Source of the DNA: Lytechinus pictus
Taxonomy: Eukaryota
Assembly: GCF_037042905.1 (NCBI RefSeq)
Contig: NC_087249.1
Location: forward strand, 8,124,001 to 8,188,000
Length of the DNA stretch: 64,000 nt
Direction of reading: 5' to 3'
Shown: piece after piece, positions 36,389 to 49,825 of the stretch
Numbering within the stretch: position 1 is the stretch's first letter
How the letters are laid out: each line of letters begins with the position of its first letter
Position numbers and translations under genes: made by a program
Notes under the pieces: generated by a model
Seen by the model: the letters and a program-made list of their open reading frames with translations, nothing else
Told to the model about the DNA's origin: nothing
Database searches by the model: none

Positions 36389-38509
36389 CAGGGGCGGATC
36401 CATGCAGCCTTCGCCAATAGGGGGGCGGAAATTTGTTTCAGCCATATTTTCCCCGATCGGCAGCTCGAAGATGATTTTTGTTGTTTCTTTGAAGGGTTAG
36501 TCCTCATTAGTCACTTCTTAGCTTTATTCTTATAAATTAATGTATAATATCATAATCCTTATTTATATGATGCGAGCGCAAAGCGCGAGCTAATTTTTTT
36601 TGGAAATTTTATGTATTTTTTCCCAAAATTTGAACTGATTCTGGGCAATGTTTGTTATCCTGATAAAGATGTGTATGCAACTTAATAATTACTACGAACG
36701 CAAAGCGCGAGCAGAAATGAATTGATGGAAAATATACCTGTTAAAGTAGCATTTAACAATCAAATAATGCGAGCACGAAGCGCGAGCTGATTTTTTTTTG
36801 ACATTTCACCTAAAGAATGGAAATTCTAAGCACTTTTTGTAACTCAAGCAGAATAGGTATATAAGTAAACAATTAATGCGAGCGCGAAGCGCGAGTGGAA
36901 AATTTCGAGATTTTAGTCCTATAATATTTACTGAACGAGACACTCTATACATGTTTTGTAAATCCTGAAAAGGATGAGTATTAATAATGCGAGCGCAAAG
37001 CGTGAGCAGAAAATTTTTATATACGTTTTGAACTGGTACCTGTTGAAAAGGTACCTGTTAAGGACTGATTGCATTTAGCCATGAAGGCGTTAAATATTTC
37101 AACAATCAAAAAATGCGAGCTGAAAAATTTTGAACTTTCTAAAGAAAGAATTGAAATTTTTAATCAGTTTTTGTAATCGTGAACAGGATAGCTATATAAT
37201 TTAACGATTGATGCGTGCGCGAAGCGCGAGCAGAAAAAAAATCGAGATTTAGACCTAAAAATGGGCAAATCTGTTCATGCTTTGTAAATCATCAAAAGGA
37301 TGAGTAATATGGGGTCTTCCTACAATAATAATGCGAGCACAAAGCGCGAGCAGAAAAATTTTGATATTGTGATCTGAAAATGGATAATGATTTAAATTAG
37401 AGAACAAGTTGAGTATCTGAATAAACATGCGCGAGCGTGTTTCATATTTAGACCTAGAATCTAGGCATTCTAAATACAAGTTTAATCATGAAACTTTGAT
37501 ATTCCGATCTGAAAAAAGTGTCAATTTCAGCTTTATATTTCAAGCCCTTTGTAGAAAAATTGTAAGGTGCATGGATATGGATCGCACTTTATAAAAAAGA
37601 GCTGATATTATTATTACTTTGAGTTTTGACATAGGTCCGGGAAATTTTTACGACATGTCATCATATAAAAATGATGACTATCTTCCTAATCCTCTTGCTA
37701 AGCGCGAGATGAAACAAAAGGGACAATTTAATTATTAAATTAATATCATATTTATTAATGCCTTATGAGGGCGCGAAATCTGATGATATCATGGCATAAA
37801 AATTGAACATTTCACTTGTGTGATTATGAATAGGATTCAGGAGTTAATATATTTTTAACCATTAATGCGAGCGCAAATCGCGAGCTAAAATTTTTGATAA
37901 ACTGTCATGAAAAGGGGATTTTAAGTAGTTTGTTGTATAATCAATATTGAAACATTTATATAACTCGCCAATCAAAATGCGAGCGTGCAGCGCGCTAGCT
38001 GATACGTCTTGGTCTTGACAATCAGACCTGAAAAGGGATATTTTGAAAACTTTATGGAATACACGAAAATAATAGGTACCTGATCAATCAAAATTTGCGA
38101 GTGCACAGCGCAAGCAGCAAATGTTAACATTCAGACCATAAAACTGACATTTTTACAGAGAATTTTTTTAAAACCAATTTGTAAATTACACAAAATAATG
38201 AAAGTTCGATTTCCGAGGTGAAATATGTTTTGTATATTGACTTCCAAACTTGATATTCGAACTCCATATTGAACAAGATATGTAAATCACCTAACAGGCA
38301 ATGCGAGTGCGAAGCGCGAGCGAAAATTTTATATAGTGGCACGAAAGATTATTTTCATTTTCCAAGTCTTCCCCTCATCTTATTTTATGCACTCGTCGTC
38401 CTTCTCTTCTTTTTCTCTTCTCTATTCCCTCCTTTTTTTCTTCTTTCTTTCCTTTTTTCTTTTTTTGCTCCGCCAAGAGGAGGGGAGCGGGCCCCTGGAT
38501 CCGCCTATG
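36389..38509. mobile_element. hAT-like non-autonomous element with periodic GCGAGCGCGAAGCGCGAGC motifs
   Basis: TIR CAGGGGCGGATCC / GGATCCGCCTATG, GGGACA-like flanks. Confidence 0.6.
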
Positions 38510-38624
38510 GGGACAAGGGGCGGGACAATTTGACAAGCAAAAAAAAGTTATCATCGCCAAAGTAAGGTCATATCTCGTCCCAAAATACATGTTTTATTTC
38601 GATTAAGAATGATGTAGCCCTTAC

Positions 38625-40830
38625 GGCTTATTATAATCACTCGGGTCGCGTTCGCGTTCGAAATCACTCGGGTCGCGTTCGTAATCACTCGGATTTTGGA
38701 TTTTTGGCGATTTTTTTTATTTCGATGCGATTTGATGTCTTCAATGGGACAAACACGCTGGGAAAATGAAATGAAATTGAAATTCTAGTTTCGTGTTAAG
38801 CCGGCAAGTGCCTTAAATAAAATGCACTCGCCTACTGCTTAACATAACAAACAAGCAAATCAGCCATGTGGCTCAACTATCCTAGAATACATCCAGACTT
38901 CTACTGTTTTTATACGAGGACTCCGAGTCGGAACTTGCCATATCTGCCACATCGATATTACATCGTCATTCCCATGTGCGGACATGCATGCCTGCATGCA
39001 ATGGCCCCAAGGCGGGACCCGGCCACGGTCGGACACGGCGTGCATCGGTAGCATGGAGCAAGGTAACGTGATCTACGCCGATATTTTATATCCGATTTTC
39101 CCTTCAAGGGGCATGATCGAAGATTGGCAGGTGATCGCCGATTGTGGTAAAATCGGGAGCCGATTTTAAAATCGGTTAATTAGAACAGGTACAATTACGA
39201 TTTTTGATCGATTTCCAAAATCAATTTTAAGATCGATCTAAGATCAATTTTAGATCAGTTTTAGTATTAGTTTTTAAAAGCCCATTCACATTTTTACTGA
39301 TGCTGACGAAAAGTTAGTTTGGTTGTCAGAGCATTATTTGTCATGCGTCTAAATAACTATGTCCGATCGAGGGACCCTTTTAATTTCGGAAAGGTAGGAG
39401 AGAAAGACTGATCCCCGTTCAGCTCAACGTATACGTTTGGCACGCGAGCACAAAGAAGATCAATTAAGCACATCACCTAATGCAATGTTTCGAGAATTTA
39501 GGTAGGGAAATTTTTAAGTCTCCAGTTACTTAAAACAAGATATGGCCATTTTATCTATAAAATAAGACAAATTTTATGAGAAATGGACAGTAATTAAGAG
39601 CAGAATTTTAAAACGCCTATCGGAAAGATCGTCCTCAAAGCTCATTACGTATTAGACAGCTGGCAGCCGTCTGTTTCGAGTTTTTTAACATTTTTATTTC
39701 TCCTCGTACACAGACGGCTCGCTATGGTGCAACCATCATTACGGGGTTAACAATGCAAAATCCCCCAGACGGCGCTCATCGATTTTTGTCTTTATTTCAT
39801 AAAAATATATGAAAAGAACTGTATCAAATAAAGATTATTATTCCGTTTTGTCCTAAAATGCACCAAAAAAAGGGAAAATAAACTTAAAAGGGGAAACAAC
39901 AGTAACTAATTGCTTCGGCTGTCGCGCAACTTCACTTCCCCGTTTTATTGGAACTTAATGCATAAACATATGGCCATTGAGTCCCTGTACAGATCGAGCT
40001 AGAACTTCCGTCTCTGTATTGGTGAGTGGACTAACGGAGTTCAGCGGAACAACGAACATTGCAGAGACCGAAGCTCTTGGTCTAATTACGTATATATGCA
40101 TTAAACCACGGATGGCTGGCTATGCATACCGCTGAATTAAATACTTTTGGACGAGCTGCGGACTGACTGGCACTGTAACGTGGGATCTAACTCGGCTCGA
40201 CTCACGTTACCTTGCTCCATGCTACCGATGCACGCCGTGTCCAACCGTGGCCGGGTTCCGCCTTGGGGCCATTGCATGCAGGCATGCATGTCCGCACATG
40301 GGAATGACGATGCAGGGGCCGCGGAAGCGGGGGGGGGGGGCAGAGGGGGCTTCAGCCCCCCCACTTTTTTCCAAAACCGTGTACAAAAACGTAAAAATTA
40401 CCATATGATTGTGATTTTTTGCATGGTCAGCCCCCCCCCCCCACTTTTGGCTCAGCCCCCCCACTTTGAAAACCGTTCCGCGGCCCCTGCGATGTCATAT
40501 CGATGTGGCAGATATGGCAAGTTCCGACTCGGAGTCCTCGTATAAAAATAGTAGAAGTCTGGATGTATTCTAGGATAGTTGAGCCACATGGCTGATTTGC
40601 TTGTTTGTTATGTTAAGCAGTAGGCGGGTGCATTTTATTTGAGGCACTTGTCAGCTTAACACGAAACTAGAATTTCAATTTCATTTCATTTTCCCAGCGT
40701 GTTTGTCCCATTGAAGACATCAAATCGCATCGAAATAAAAAAAATCGCCAAAAATCCAAAACCCGAGTGATTACGAACGCGACCCGAGTGATTTCGAACG
40801 CGAACGCGACCCGAGTGATTATAATAAGCC
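38625..40830. mobile_element. Foldback/Mutator-like element with ~445-bp TIRs
   Basis: 38625-39070 is the near-perfect inverse of 40203-40830 once the 40313-40489 insertion is removed; ends GGCTTATTATAATCACTCGGG. Confidence 0.85.
40313..40489. mobile_element. MITE with CAGGGG ends and 5-bp TSD CGATG
   Basis: TIR CAGGGGCCGCGGAA; the empty site is visible in the opposite TIR arm. Confidence 0.85.
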
Positions 40831-41511
40831 TTTCTTACCATCATAGAAGACCAAAAATAGTAGGGGGACATTTGATATTGTGTCCCCCCTACTATTTTGA
40901 GTAGGGGGGGGCACGTCCCCCCTGTCCCCCCTGCCCCCCCTGGGATTTTCGCCCATGGCTAGCGCGTAGCGCGAGCGACATTTTGAATTTTATTTAATGA
41001 CCTGAAAGATTTATGTTAGTGACAAAAAATTGTTGGGAGGTAACAGTGAATGGTGAGAAATTTTTCAAAATTTAAAGAACGAAAAAGCTGTTTTGGAGCA
41101 CTTTGCAGCTTTAGCAGGATGCTTATGACAACATCTACTCTACATTTTTTTCTTCAAAATTTCGGGGGTGTGGCCAGTTCAAATGCCCCCCGTGCCTCCC
41201 CCTTTTTGCCGCCACTGGCTGGGGTGGGGCCCCCGAAACATCGTGATATTTTTAAACATTGCAGATGGCAACTTTTTTAATCAAATCGCGGGTAACTTCA
41301 ACACAGTTGCGGATAATAAACGAAATATTTTGAGGCAGCACAACATAGCAAAAAAATTGTAAAACTTGCCAGCGAGCCAGAAAATTTTGACCTTTTAAAA
41401 TGATTTTGAAATTAAATGATTTTAATGGTATATATATAGCCAGCGTGAAGGTTTGTACTTAGGTTAGGGCATAATAGGGGGCTAATCCTTAGCTAAGGAT
41501 TTTATTTGTCC

Positions 41512-42065
41512 CCCGGGGGGGGGGCCACTTACATTGACGAGTGGATACCATGCGCGACCAAAAAAACACGTAAAAAGGATGTCCTTTTCACGATAGGGCA
41601 CGTTACGTACGTAACGTGATAAGGGTGTCAAAAACACAAAAATAATGAAAAAAGGGTGTCTATTTCGGTAGGAAAATTACGTGTTTAGGGTCGAATTTGC
41701 TGGAATGATAAAACAAAATTAAAATGTTTTATAAAGGATGTCCATTTTGCCCCAACACTTCGTGTTTAGAGTACGATTTGCGCGAGGTGTAGAAGGTGGG
41801 GTCGTACTAAACCAAATAAGGTAAAGCCGACGACCGAAGGACCCGTAACAATAAAACATTCCTGTACTTGTTTAGGGGTTCATTTCAGGGAATATTTGCC
41901 AAGAGTATCGTTTTGTTTCCAATACTTGTTAAGGGTAGGGTTTCACACGCCAATACTTGTTAAGGGGTGCATTTTCAGAATATGGAAATTACGTGTTTAG
42001 GGTGCTTTTCGAGACCCCATGGTCGCGCATAGTATCCACTCGTGAATGGAAGTGGCCCCCCCGGG
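41512..42065. mobile_element. MITE with 8-bp TSD ATTTGTCC (family of 30777)
   Basis: Same TIR; TSD at 41504-41511 and 42066-42073. Confidence 0.88.
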
Positions 42066-42512
42066 ATTTGTCCCTATTGCGACCATTAATTCATTGCATA
42101 AAATTTCGCAAGCTTATACACATGTTATAATAGACGCAATCCACCTTTTTTCCCGTTTTTTATACTAGTTTTCAATCCTTGTTGTAGATGCCGATAATTT
42201 ACATTTTTGTAAAAATTTTACATAGGTAGTACCTTTTGAGTTGAAAAATAGCTGTTTTTCCGCTTGTTTCTTTTGGGGGGGATTCGGTTCTCTGTTATTC
42301 AGACATATTTTCGCGTGTTATATGAACGGCGCAGTGCGAGCAGAAGGCAGGGAGAGGTCCTGTACGAAGGGCCTAATTCAAGACGCAAAAGAACCATTAT
42401 TCCCTTCGTACAATCAAAAAGTACATCTTTAAAATAAATAATCATATACTAATGATTATTCATGTGAAAAATCTAGCAATTTGGGATCTAGCAATCTAGC
42501 ATAGGTACCTAA

Positions 42513-43894
42513 AGCCCCAGTCACATATAGACACGGATCATCACGGATCAACACGGCAATGCCGGCATGATCCGGGGAGGTCCGGGATAGCTTTGCCCCG
42601 GATTGAGCGTTGATGACTGTAAACACGGCAGCTACACGGCATCTTCACCCGGATCTACACGGACCATGCCGGCAGAGCACGTCGTCAACACGGACCTACA
42701 CGTCAGCAACACGGACCTACACGTCAGCAACACGGACCAACACGTCAGCTACACGGACCAACACGTCAGCAACACGGACCAACCCGTCAGCTACAAGGAC
42801 CAACACGGACCAACACGTCAGCAACACGGACCTACACGTCACCAACACGGACCAACACGTCAGCTACACGGACCAACACGTCAGCTACACGGACCAACAC
42901 GTCAGCTCAAGGACCAACACGGCAGCTATATTGACCAGCACGGCAAATGAAAATCTGCTCATAATAATGAGCTGATATTTATTTATTTTTTATTATCCTT
43001 GTCGCAACATTATATTATGTTGTTTTTAAAAAAAGATATCAAAACTTAAAACTTCCTTAACCAGTAAAAACGCTGTTTTTCATACAACGCAGTTTACCGT
43101 TTTAACAGTAGTTGAGTACTTTAAATATTGAACGACAAATTTAATTTCGATTTGATTTGATATAACTTTATTGAAATCACAATAAAGGAAAGAAATTTAC
43201 AAAGTCACTAGAAAACATAATAAAAATTAGATAGGCCCAGGTCATGACGCATAACTGTCGATGCAAGGCAGTAGTATAAAACTTAATGTACAATTTTGAT
43301 GTAACAGGTACATAACATTTATTTTAAGAAAATGAAATGTGAAATAGTAATAACAGACAAAGTTGGGGTAAATATTAAAAAGAAATTAAAGAATTATTGA
43401 TACATGCACTAAATTTACAAATATTAGGTTGGGGCCAATCTCCAAAGCGTAAGAAAATATCCTGAATCGTTAGATCATCCATTTAATCATAAATAAATTA
43501 AGCATGTTTGTGTCAACTGTTTAACAACTCCTGAAAAGTTCATAAAGTAAATAGCGTTGTAAAGATTTGATGGGAAAAAAGAACACGGACTGCCAAGGAT
43601 ACTCCAGGCAGCCACACGGACCTACACGGCAGCTACACGGACCTACACGGCAGCCACACGAACCTACACGGACCATCCCGGATGGCTTTGCCAACCCGGC
43701 AGTCCACGGATGACGCCGGATGTTTTTGACAGTCAAAAACTGCCGTGTTGGCCTCCCGGACGTTCAAGGACCAACACGGACCACCCCGGACCTCCAAGGA
43801 TGCCCAAGGCGCCAACACGGATCTCTCCCCGGACCACCCCGGATCAGATCCGGGATGGTCCGGGGTGGTCCGGGCTCTATATGTGACTGGGGCT
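42513..43894. mobile_element. Non-autonomous PIF/Harbinger element with ACACGGAC subterminal minisatellites
   Basis: TAA|AGCCCCAGTCACATATAGA ... TCTATATGTGACTGGGGCT|TAA; 21-bp repeats at 42685-42925. Confidence 0.88.
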
Positions 43895-44239
43895 TAAGCA
43901 ATATTCAGATACCATACCAACTGAAAATCTACCTCTTGTCTATTCAGAATAGCGCATTCTTATTGGTTAAATGTTTTAAGTGTTTGTCCGCCGATGCGTG
44001 TAAACTTTTTGTAATGCGAAAATACGTTCCGCCACCCTTGATTGAAAAAGGTGCAAAATATAATAAAATTACGGTGCTATTTTGCACCCTTTTCCACTTA
44101 AGGTGTAAGAAAACACCCAAAAGTTTGGTACAAGACAAATGTTTTATTTAGGGTTAAAAAAAATATTAGTGTGTATATGACTGTGTATCACCATGAACCC
44201 TACCAAAATATGTCCGTATAATGGGGGGGGGGGTGGGTG

Positions 44240-44510
44240 TTAAAATGCCAGTTACGAAAGCGCAGAACTGAATGAATTCAATATCTACTAGGAAAAATAC
44301 TACAAGACCAAAAAAAAATATTTTTAGTAACCAAGAGCTCGCACCCCCGGAAAATTAAGCCCTACGCCCGTTACGCCCGTTAAAATGCCAGTTACGAAAG
44401 CGCAGAACTGAATGAATTCAATATCTACTAGAAAAATACTACAAGACCAACAAAAATTTTTTTTTAGTAACCAAGAGCTCGCACCCCCGGAAAATTAAGC
44501 CCTACGCCCC
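44240..44510 (+). repeat. Tandem duplication ~140 bp x2
   Basis: GTTAAAATGCCAGTTACGAAAGCGCAG...AAGCCCTACGCCC twice. Confidence 0.9.
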
Positions 44511-47500
44511 TAGATCGGACACAGCACACAGGGTCGGATGACTCGGAGGGGGTTATCATTCTACCCTTACAACGTGATAAGAGTGGTACCGATCAGAGTT
44601 CACCCCCAATACAATGCTCAAAAGAATGTTCCGAAACTTAAAGGCTAATAAGAAATATACCCGTGCAGCAGTGAGAGCTACAAAGCAAGATCAGAGATCG
44701 TATTCTATATTTAGGCGTACGCTGAGCATGGTGAGTATCATTCCTTAATTATTATCAATTAGTCTATTAATTAGTCTATTTTCGAAAGAAGTTTACATTA
44801 TACGACTTTTCTTTACAGAAGCATGATGAAGTTAATAGTTTTCACTTTTCACAACCTCAACGGGGACAGTAAAATACGGTATGCAAAATTCAAAGAGCTC
44901 CCATGAGAGCGGATGGCCGATGTACAGAGAGGTTTTTTTAACGCAATGTAAAGCGGATTCAAGAACATATTGAAAATGCCCGTCAAAATATTGACAAAGA
45001 ACAGCTGTGAGGTCTTTATCGAAAATAGATGAACCAGAACAGCAGTTTCGTCCAAAATTTCGGAGGTGACGAAATTAACTAAAAATATGTCGTTTGTCGA
45101 GTCCACGGGACGAAACTCGATCATGCTGTTTTGATTCACCAATTTCGACAAAGACTTCTTGGTTGCTCTTTGTCATGAAGGGCATTTACCAATACATTTT
45201 CTATGTTCTTTAATCCGTTTTACTCTCATAGTTCAGATTGGAGGTTGATGTATGGAAGCTCTCTTTACCCAAGCTGTATGATAATTATATTCAGCTGTAT
45301 AATTATTATACTGTATAGGGCCTGAATATACACTACTAGCCGTATAATTTACTTTATTCCTTACCTTTTATTACTGTATCTTAATTGACCTCTTCATCTC
45401 ATGTTATATGTATTTGTATGCATTATATGTACTTTGTATTTTTTTATTTTATATACGGAAATAAAATAAACAAACAAACTCCCAATCCCTAACCCAGTAG
45501 CCGATGATCTCGATGTAGCAAGTTGCCCCCAAATATTGTCTATATAGTAATGAGCTGAAAAGAAGGTGTATGGAAAGTGGCGGCAGATTTTACCAGCTCC
45601 GACCAGCATGACCATGCAGAAGAAAGATTTATGTCATCAATTTTGAAATAAAACATTACTCTACATAGTTACGTGAACCTACTCTAATTTAATGCTCGAA
45701 TGTGATGTGTACTTTTATACTTATTTATAATGCTTTTCAGAGGGGGAACGGGTTCCAGTAAGCGTGTTGGAAAGAAAGGACAAGGCCTAGCTGTATCGTC
45801 ATTTTCCTGCGTGAAGCGCGGAAACAAAGCTATATCGGAAATTATAAGGAGAGAGAAGAAGTATCGTTTAGGTTTTTATTCTAAAAAAAGAGATTCCACA
45901 AATGGGGGGGGGGGTGTCACTCCCAACGGCCCAGCTCTGCACTCGCGTCCAGAAAAAAAAGCATCGAAAGAATCCCGATATAGCTAACCAGGACTTTCGA
46001 GAAAAGTGGTACGTTAAAGTGTTGCTTTATTTTTCAAAACCATGGCCGCGACAATCACCGCTTAGAGGCCTTCTCTCACGCCATTTACGGTTGCATATTG
46101 GTTGCGAATTACTTTTCATAGGAGTATAATTTAACGTTAGTTTTGCAGGGAAATTATTTATGGATTATCCGTCTTTTTGTGAGCTTCTTTTAGTAATTGT
46201 TAACATATAAAGTGAGAAGGACACATTATAATTCACTCCTCTCAAATACTAGTACACTTTCTGCTTTCAGTTTTGGGGCATTGTTTACGCAGGATATCCC
46301 GAAACTGACTTTTGCCAAGGTGGGCACCATTGTGCCTAATTCTTTACACCGGGACTGGGTATCAGGTGCGCACACCACGGGGGGGGGGGGGGGGGGGGGT
46401 AGGTAACCGCCTTTTGTGAGTTTTCAAGAAGTAAAGAAAGAAGTAAGAAGGATACGATGATGAAGGCTGTGCTCTTGAAGTTAGAAAAAATACGACGTCA
46501 AATGTAGATCACCTCAGATCACCTTCTCCATGAAAAATACCCTGATGGCCGTACTATATAATACGGTTGCATGCGTACCGTTTATACCCATGGACCTTCA
46601 TGATATATTCCTAAATCAGACTTTGTGTGCCCCCTGCCGTTTCTGCACACTGAGTAAGGATGATTGATTTTATTTATTATTATTTTCACTTCAATTTCAA
46701 CAAAATGTACAATGTTAAGCGAAATATATAAAATTAAGAAAAGATCACCCTTTTATCTATTTTGCCCCCATTAAAGTTTGTACCCGTTTTATTTCTTCTC
46801 GTAAATACACCTACCCATTATGTCCTTCTGCACGTAGGAAGTCTTCTGCACGTAGGAAGTCTTCTGCACGTAGGAAAATATTAGGCATATATTTATTTTT
46901 TTAATAAGGGTTTAGTTACCATTCATGGACAAAGGTCATTTACAAGCGTTTTTCTTTCCGGCACGATGCTTCATATAGATCAGTTGGCCTATATGCAGTG
47001 AGGTGAAGAGAGTCACCGCCCCCTTCCCCCTACTCCATGTACTCGAAGCGCAACAACAACTTTGAGCAATTCCCTAATAATGAGAGTAAAATGGCAACTG
47101 AGATATGGAAGGGTGGAGAGGGGGTATGTGGGATATCGACCACAATCTTTTATTTTTCAAGTAATCATGGGAAAGGTAGTTAAAATGAACTTGAACTATA
47201 CATATGGATAAATGTATTTTGATTTTTCAAGAACTGAGTTTCAAGTTTCAAGAAAATTTATATTTGATTTACTGAATACCCAAACAAGAACATTAGCCGA
47301 TGCGGCGTTTATAAAAAGAAATAACAACGACTGCTGTGTAGAAACTGTCGTCACGGTTGTGTGAGGGTATAGCTAGGGGAGGGAGTGTTCCAAGATATGG
47401 GGTGTGAAAGTATGAGGGTGGAATCTCTAGACTGTCGCTAACAATACTCTTTCGTATTTCCCAACATCGTTTCCATTTTATACCCTGGCAATCTTTTCAT

Positions 47501-47681
47501 TATTCGTCGGAGGATAATAGGATAAATATTGGGCCATAATCCAACCCACCGTACATTTTTACCCAACTTGGCGGGAATGAATTTTCTTTGAAATATATTT
47601 TTCTTTGAAATATATTTTTCTTTGACAGAGACTGACGCATGACCGATCTTCGACAATTAGCTGAATCAATCCTCTCTCGTG

Positions 47682-48539
47682 ATGAAGTCCTTGATTATGT
47701 TGATGGCCCTAACGGTCATCTGCGTCGGGTTCACATCGTCGGCAAATGGTGCAGACATCCTCATTTCTATTGTACTCCCCAAAGCTAATAGTCATACAAA
47801 AAGCATTTCCGCCATGGCAGGAGCACTGATCCGACACGGCCACAACGTCACCATTCTCACCGCGTCCAACGTGGGCACAAAGGGATTCAAGGGAAACGCC
47901 TACAACACCGCCCTTCAGTACAAATTCATCCCTTCTGCAGAAATTGATGAAACAGTAGAAAGAGTGAGAAACGGTGCATTTGAGAATAACCCGTTGAATA
48001 ATGTAATAAATTTGGCGAAGATATTTCAAATGCAACGGCAAGCGTGTCAGTATCTCTTCGAAGACTCCGCGACTCTGGCTTTGCTCAAGGAATCTCACTT
48101 TGATATCCTGATCGGAGATGTCTTTGACGGATGTGATGCAGTCCTGAGTAGTTACCTCGAGATTCCGCACATTGCCGTGACGACATCGATGAGGTATCCT
48201 TTCTTCCACGAGCACCTATACGGAATCCCCGCACCTTCGTCCTACGTATCGCTGGGAACCTTCTCACTATCAGACAAGATGACCTTCCTGGAGCGGGTGG
48301 TGTCCTTCATGGAGCACAATCTTGTCATTCCCTTGGCGGGATGGTCTCACCTCGGGGCTATGGATGAGATGAAGAATAGATACGGTATTGCTCCAGGTCG
48401 AAGTGTCCAGGAACTCATAGGCGATGCAGAGCTGTGGTTGTGTGTGACGAACTTCGCCTTCGATTTCCCTCGTCCTATAGCACCCAACTGGGTGGCGATC
48501 GGCAATATTGTTGATGTTCCAGCAAAACCACTCGATGAG
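47682..48539 (+). CDS. UDP-glucuronosyltransferase (GT1, ER membrane type), coding exon 1 (signal peptide + acceptor-binding domain)
   Basis: Signal peptide MKSLIMLMALTVICVG; catalytic-His region ANSHTKS..LIRHGHNVT; FDILIGD, PAPSSYV, DKMTFLERV, FDFPRP..PN; GAG|gtaatt. Confidence 0.95.
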
Positions 48540-48846
48540 GTAATTTCAATTGCCACCCTAATGATACTTATGATGACACTGAATTAAATTTTCACAATAC
48601 AGCCACATTGAATCAGCCGGGTTATCACCAGAAATATTAGTTTCTTTCAATCTTTAGAAACGAAACATAACTGTATAAAAGTAACAGTTAACTCGATAAA
48701 TTAATATCATGTTATTTATATCTTTATTTAAACAAATCAAATAAACACAAAGAAGTTCTGTAAGCTCTGTATAAGGAGCGCAGGTCCAAAACATAATGTA
48801 TATAGTATAACGAAGCAAAACATAGACAAAAGTATATATATATATA

Positions 48847-49825
48847 CAGTGCGTATCAAAAAAAAGTTTACACTTTGAAGAAGCAATGGGAATTAAAAAA
48901 TTATACAACATGTGGGTAATTTTTCCACATATAATCTTGGGTTTGGGACTCATCTATCCAATGAAAGTAAAAGTTTTGTCAGAATGTTACACTTGAGTGA
49001 GCACTGTCCATTTTTGTAAAGTTCGCAGAAATCTGTTTGCGCAGAAATGGTCGTTTTCACGCTGTGTCAAGGGGAAAGGGCGAAATCAAACTTCCACTGC
49101 GAAACATTTCTCATACATTTCCATTGCACTTTTAGTCAATTGAAATAAAACGGATACATTCAAGCATTTTGTAACAATTTTGCCACCCAAATTGAAATTT
49201 TAAAACTTAGTAAGCACAACCTTTACCCTTTTCGTGCCAGCTGGATCTGAGGACATAACTAAATCTGAACAAAAGTTTATATCAGACATCTCCAACATTT
49301 TTCACTAAGTTTTTATCATTGAAAGTGAGTTTACATTTCATTTAATACTTGTTTCTCCAGTCACTTTTTCCAAGCTTGGCAATTATTAACAAAATGAAAA
49401 TCAGGCTTACGCCATTCCATGTAAATCACAGCTCAGTGTAAAGCAAATATCGTCACGATGGCCTCGGTGTGTGGGGGAGTGGGGTAGGGCAAAATGCACT
49501 CTTCAAAGTGTTTTGGGCAAGGAAACAAATCAAAAAAGGAAAAATATATCTTCAAATCAATTTTACTACCTAAATTCCACGTGTGCTTCATGATTAAGGT
49601 CCACTTTTATTCGCATAACTATTTCAAAGTTCTGCACAAATCATTTTTCACTAACTTTTCAAAAGTGGTGCTCACTCAAGCGGAAATATTTTTCGACAAT
49701 TATATCGTCATTTGCTTAAATGGATCTGTACCAATTTTAAAATGTGGAAATATTTTCAGGATATTACAAATGTATAATTTTACAGGATTTTTTCAAAGTG
49801 TAATTTTTTTTTTTGATACGCACTG
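48847..49825. mobile_element. Tc1/mariner MITE in a UGT intron
   Basis: TA|CAGTGCGTATCAAAAAAAA ... TTTTTTGATACGCACTG|TA. Confidence 0.88.

Noticed and set aside
42603..42975. NTDQHVS / TSATRT repeat ORFs
   Set aside because: Translation of the 21-bp subterminal minisatellite of a Harbinger element
47709..48556. Antisense ORFs over UGT exon 1
   Set aside because: Shadow ORFs of a real coding exon with no independent features
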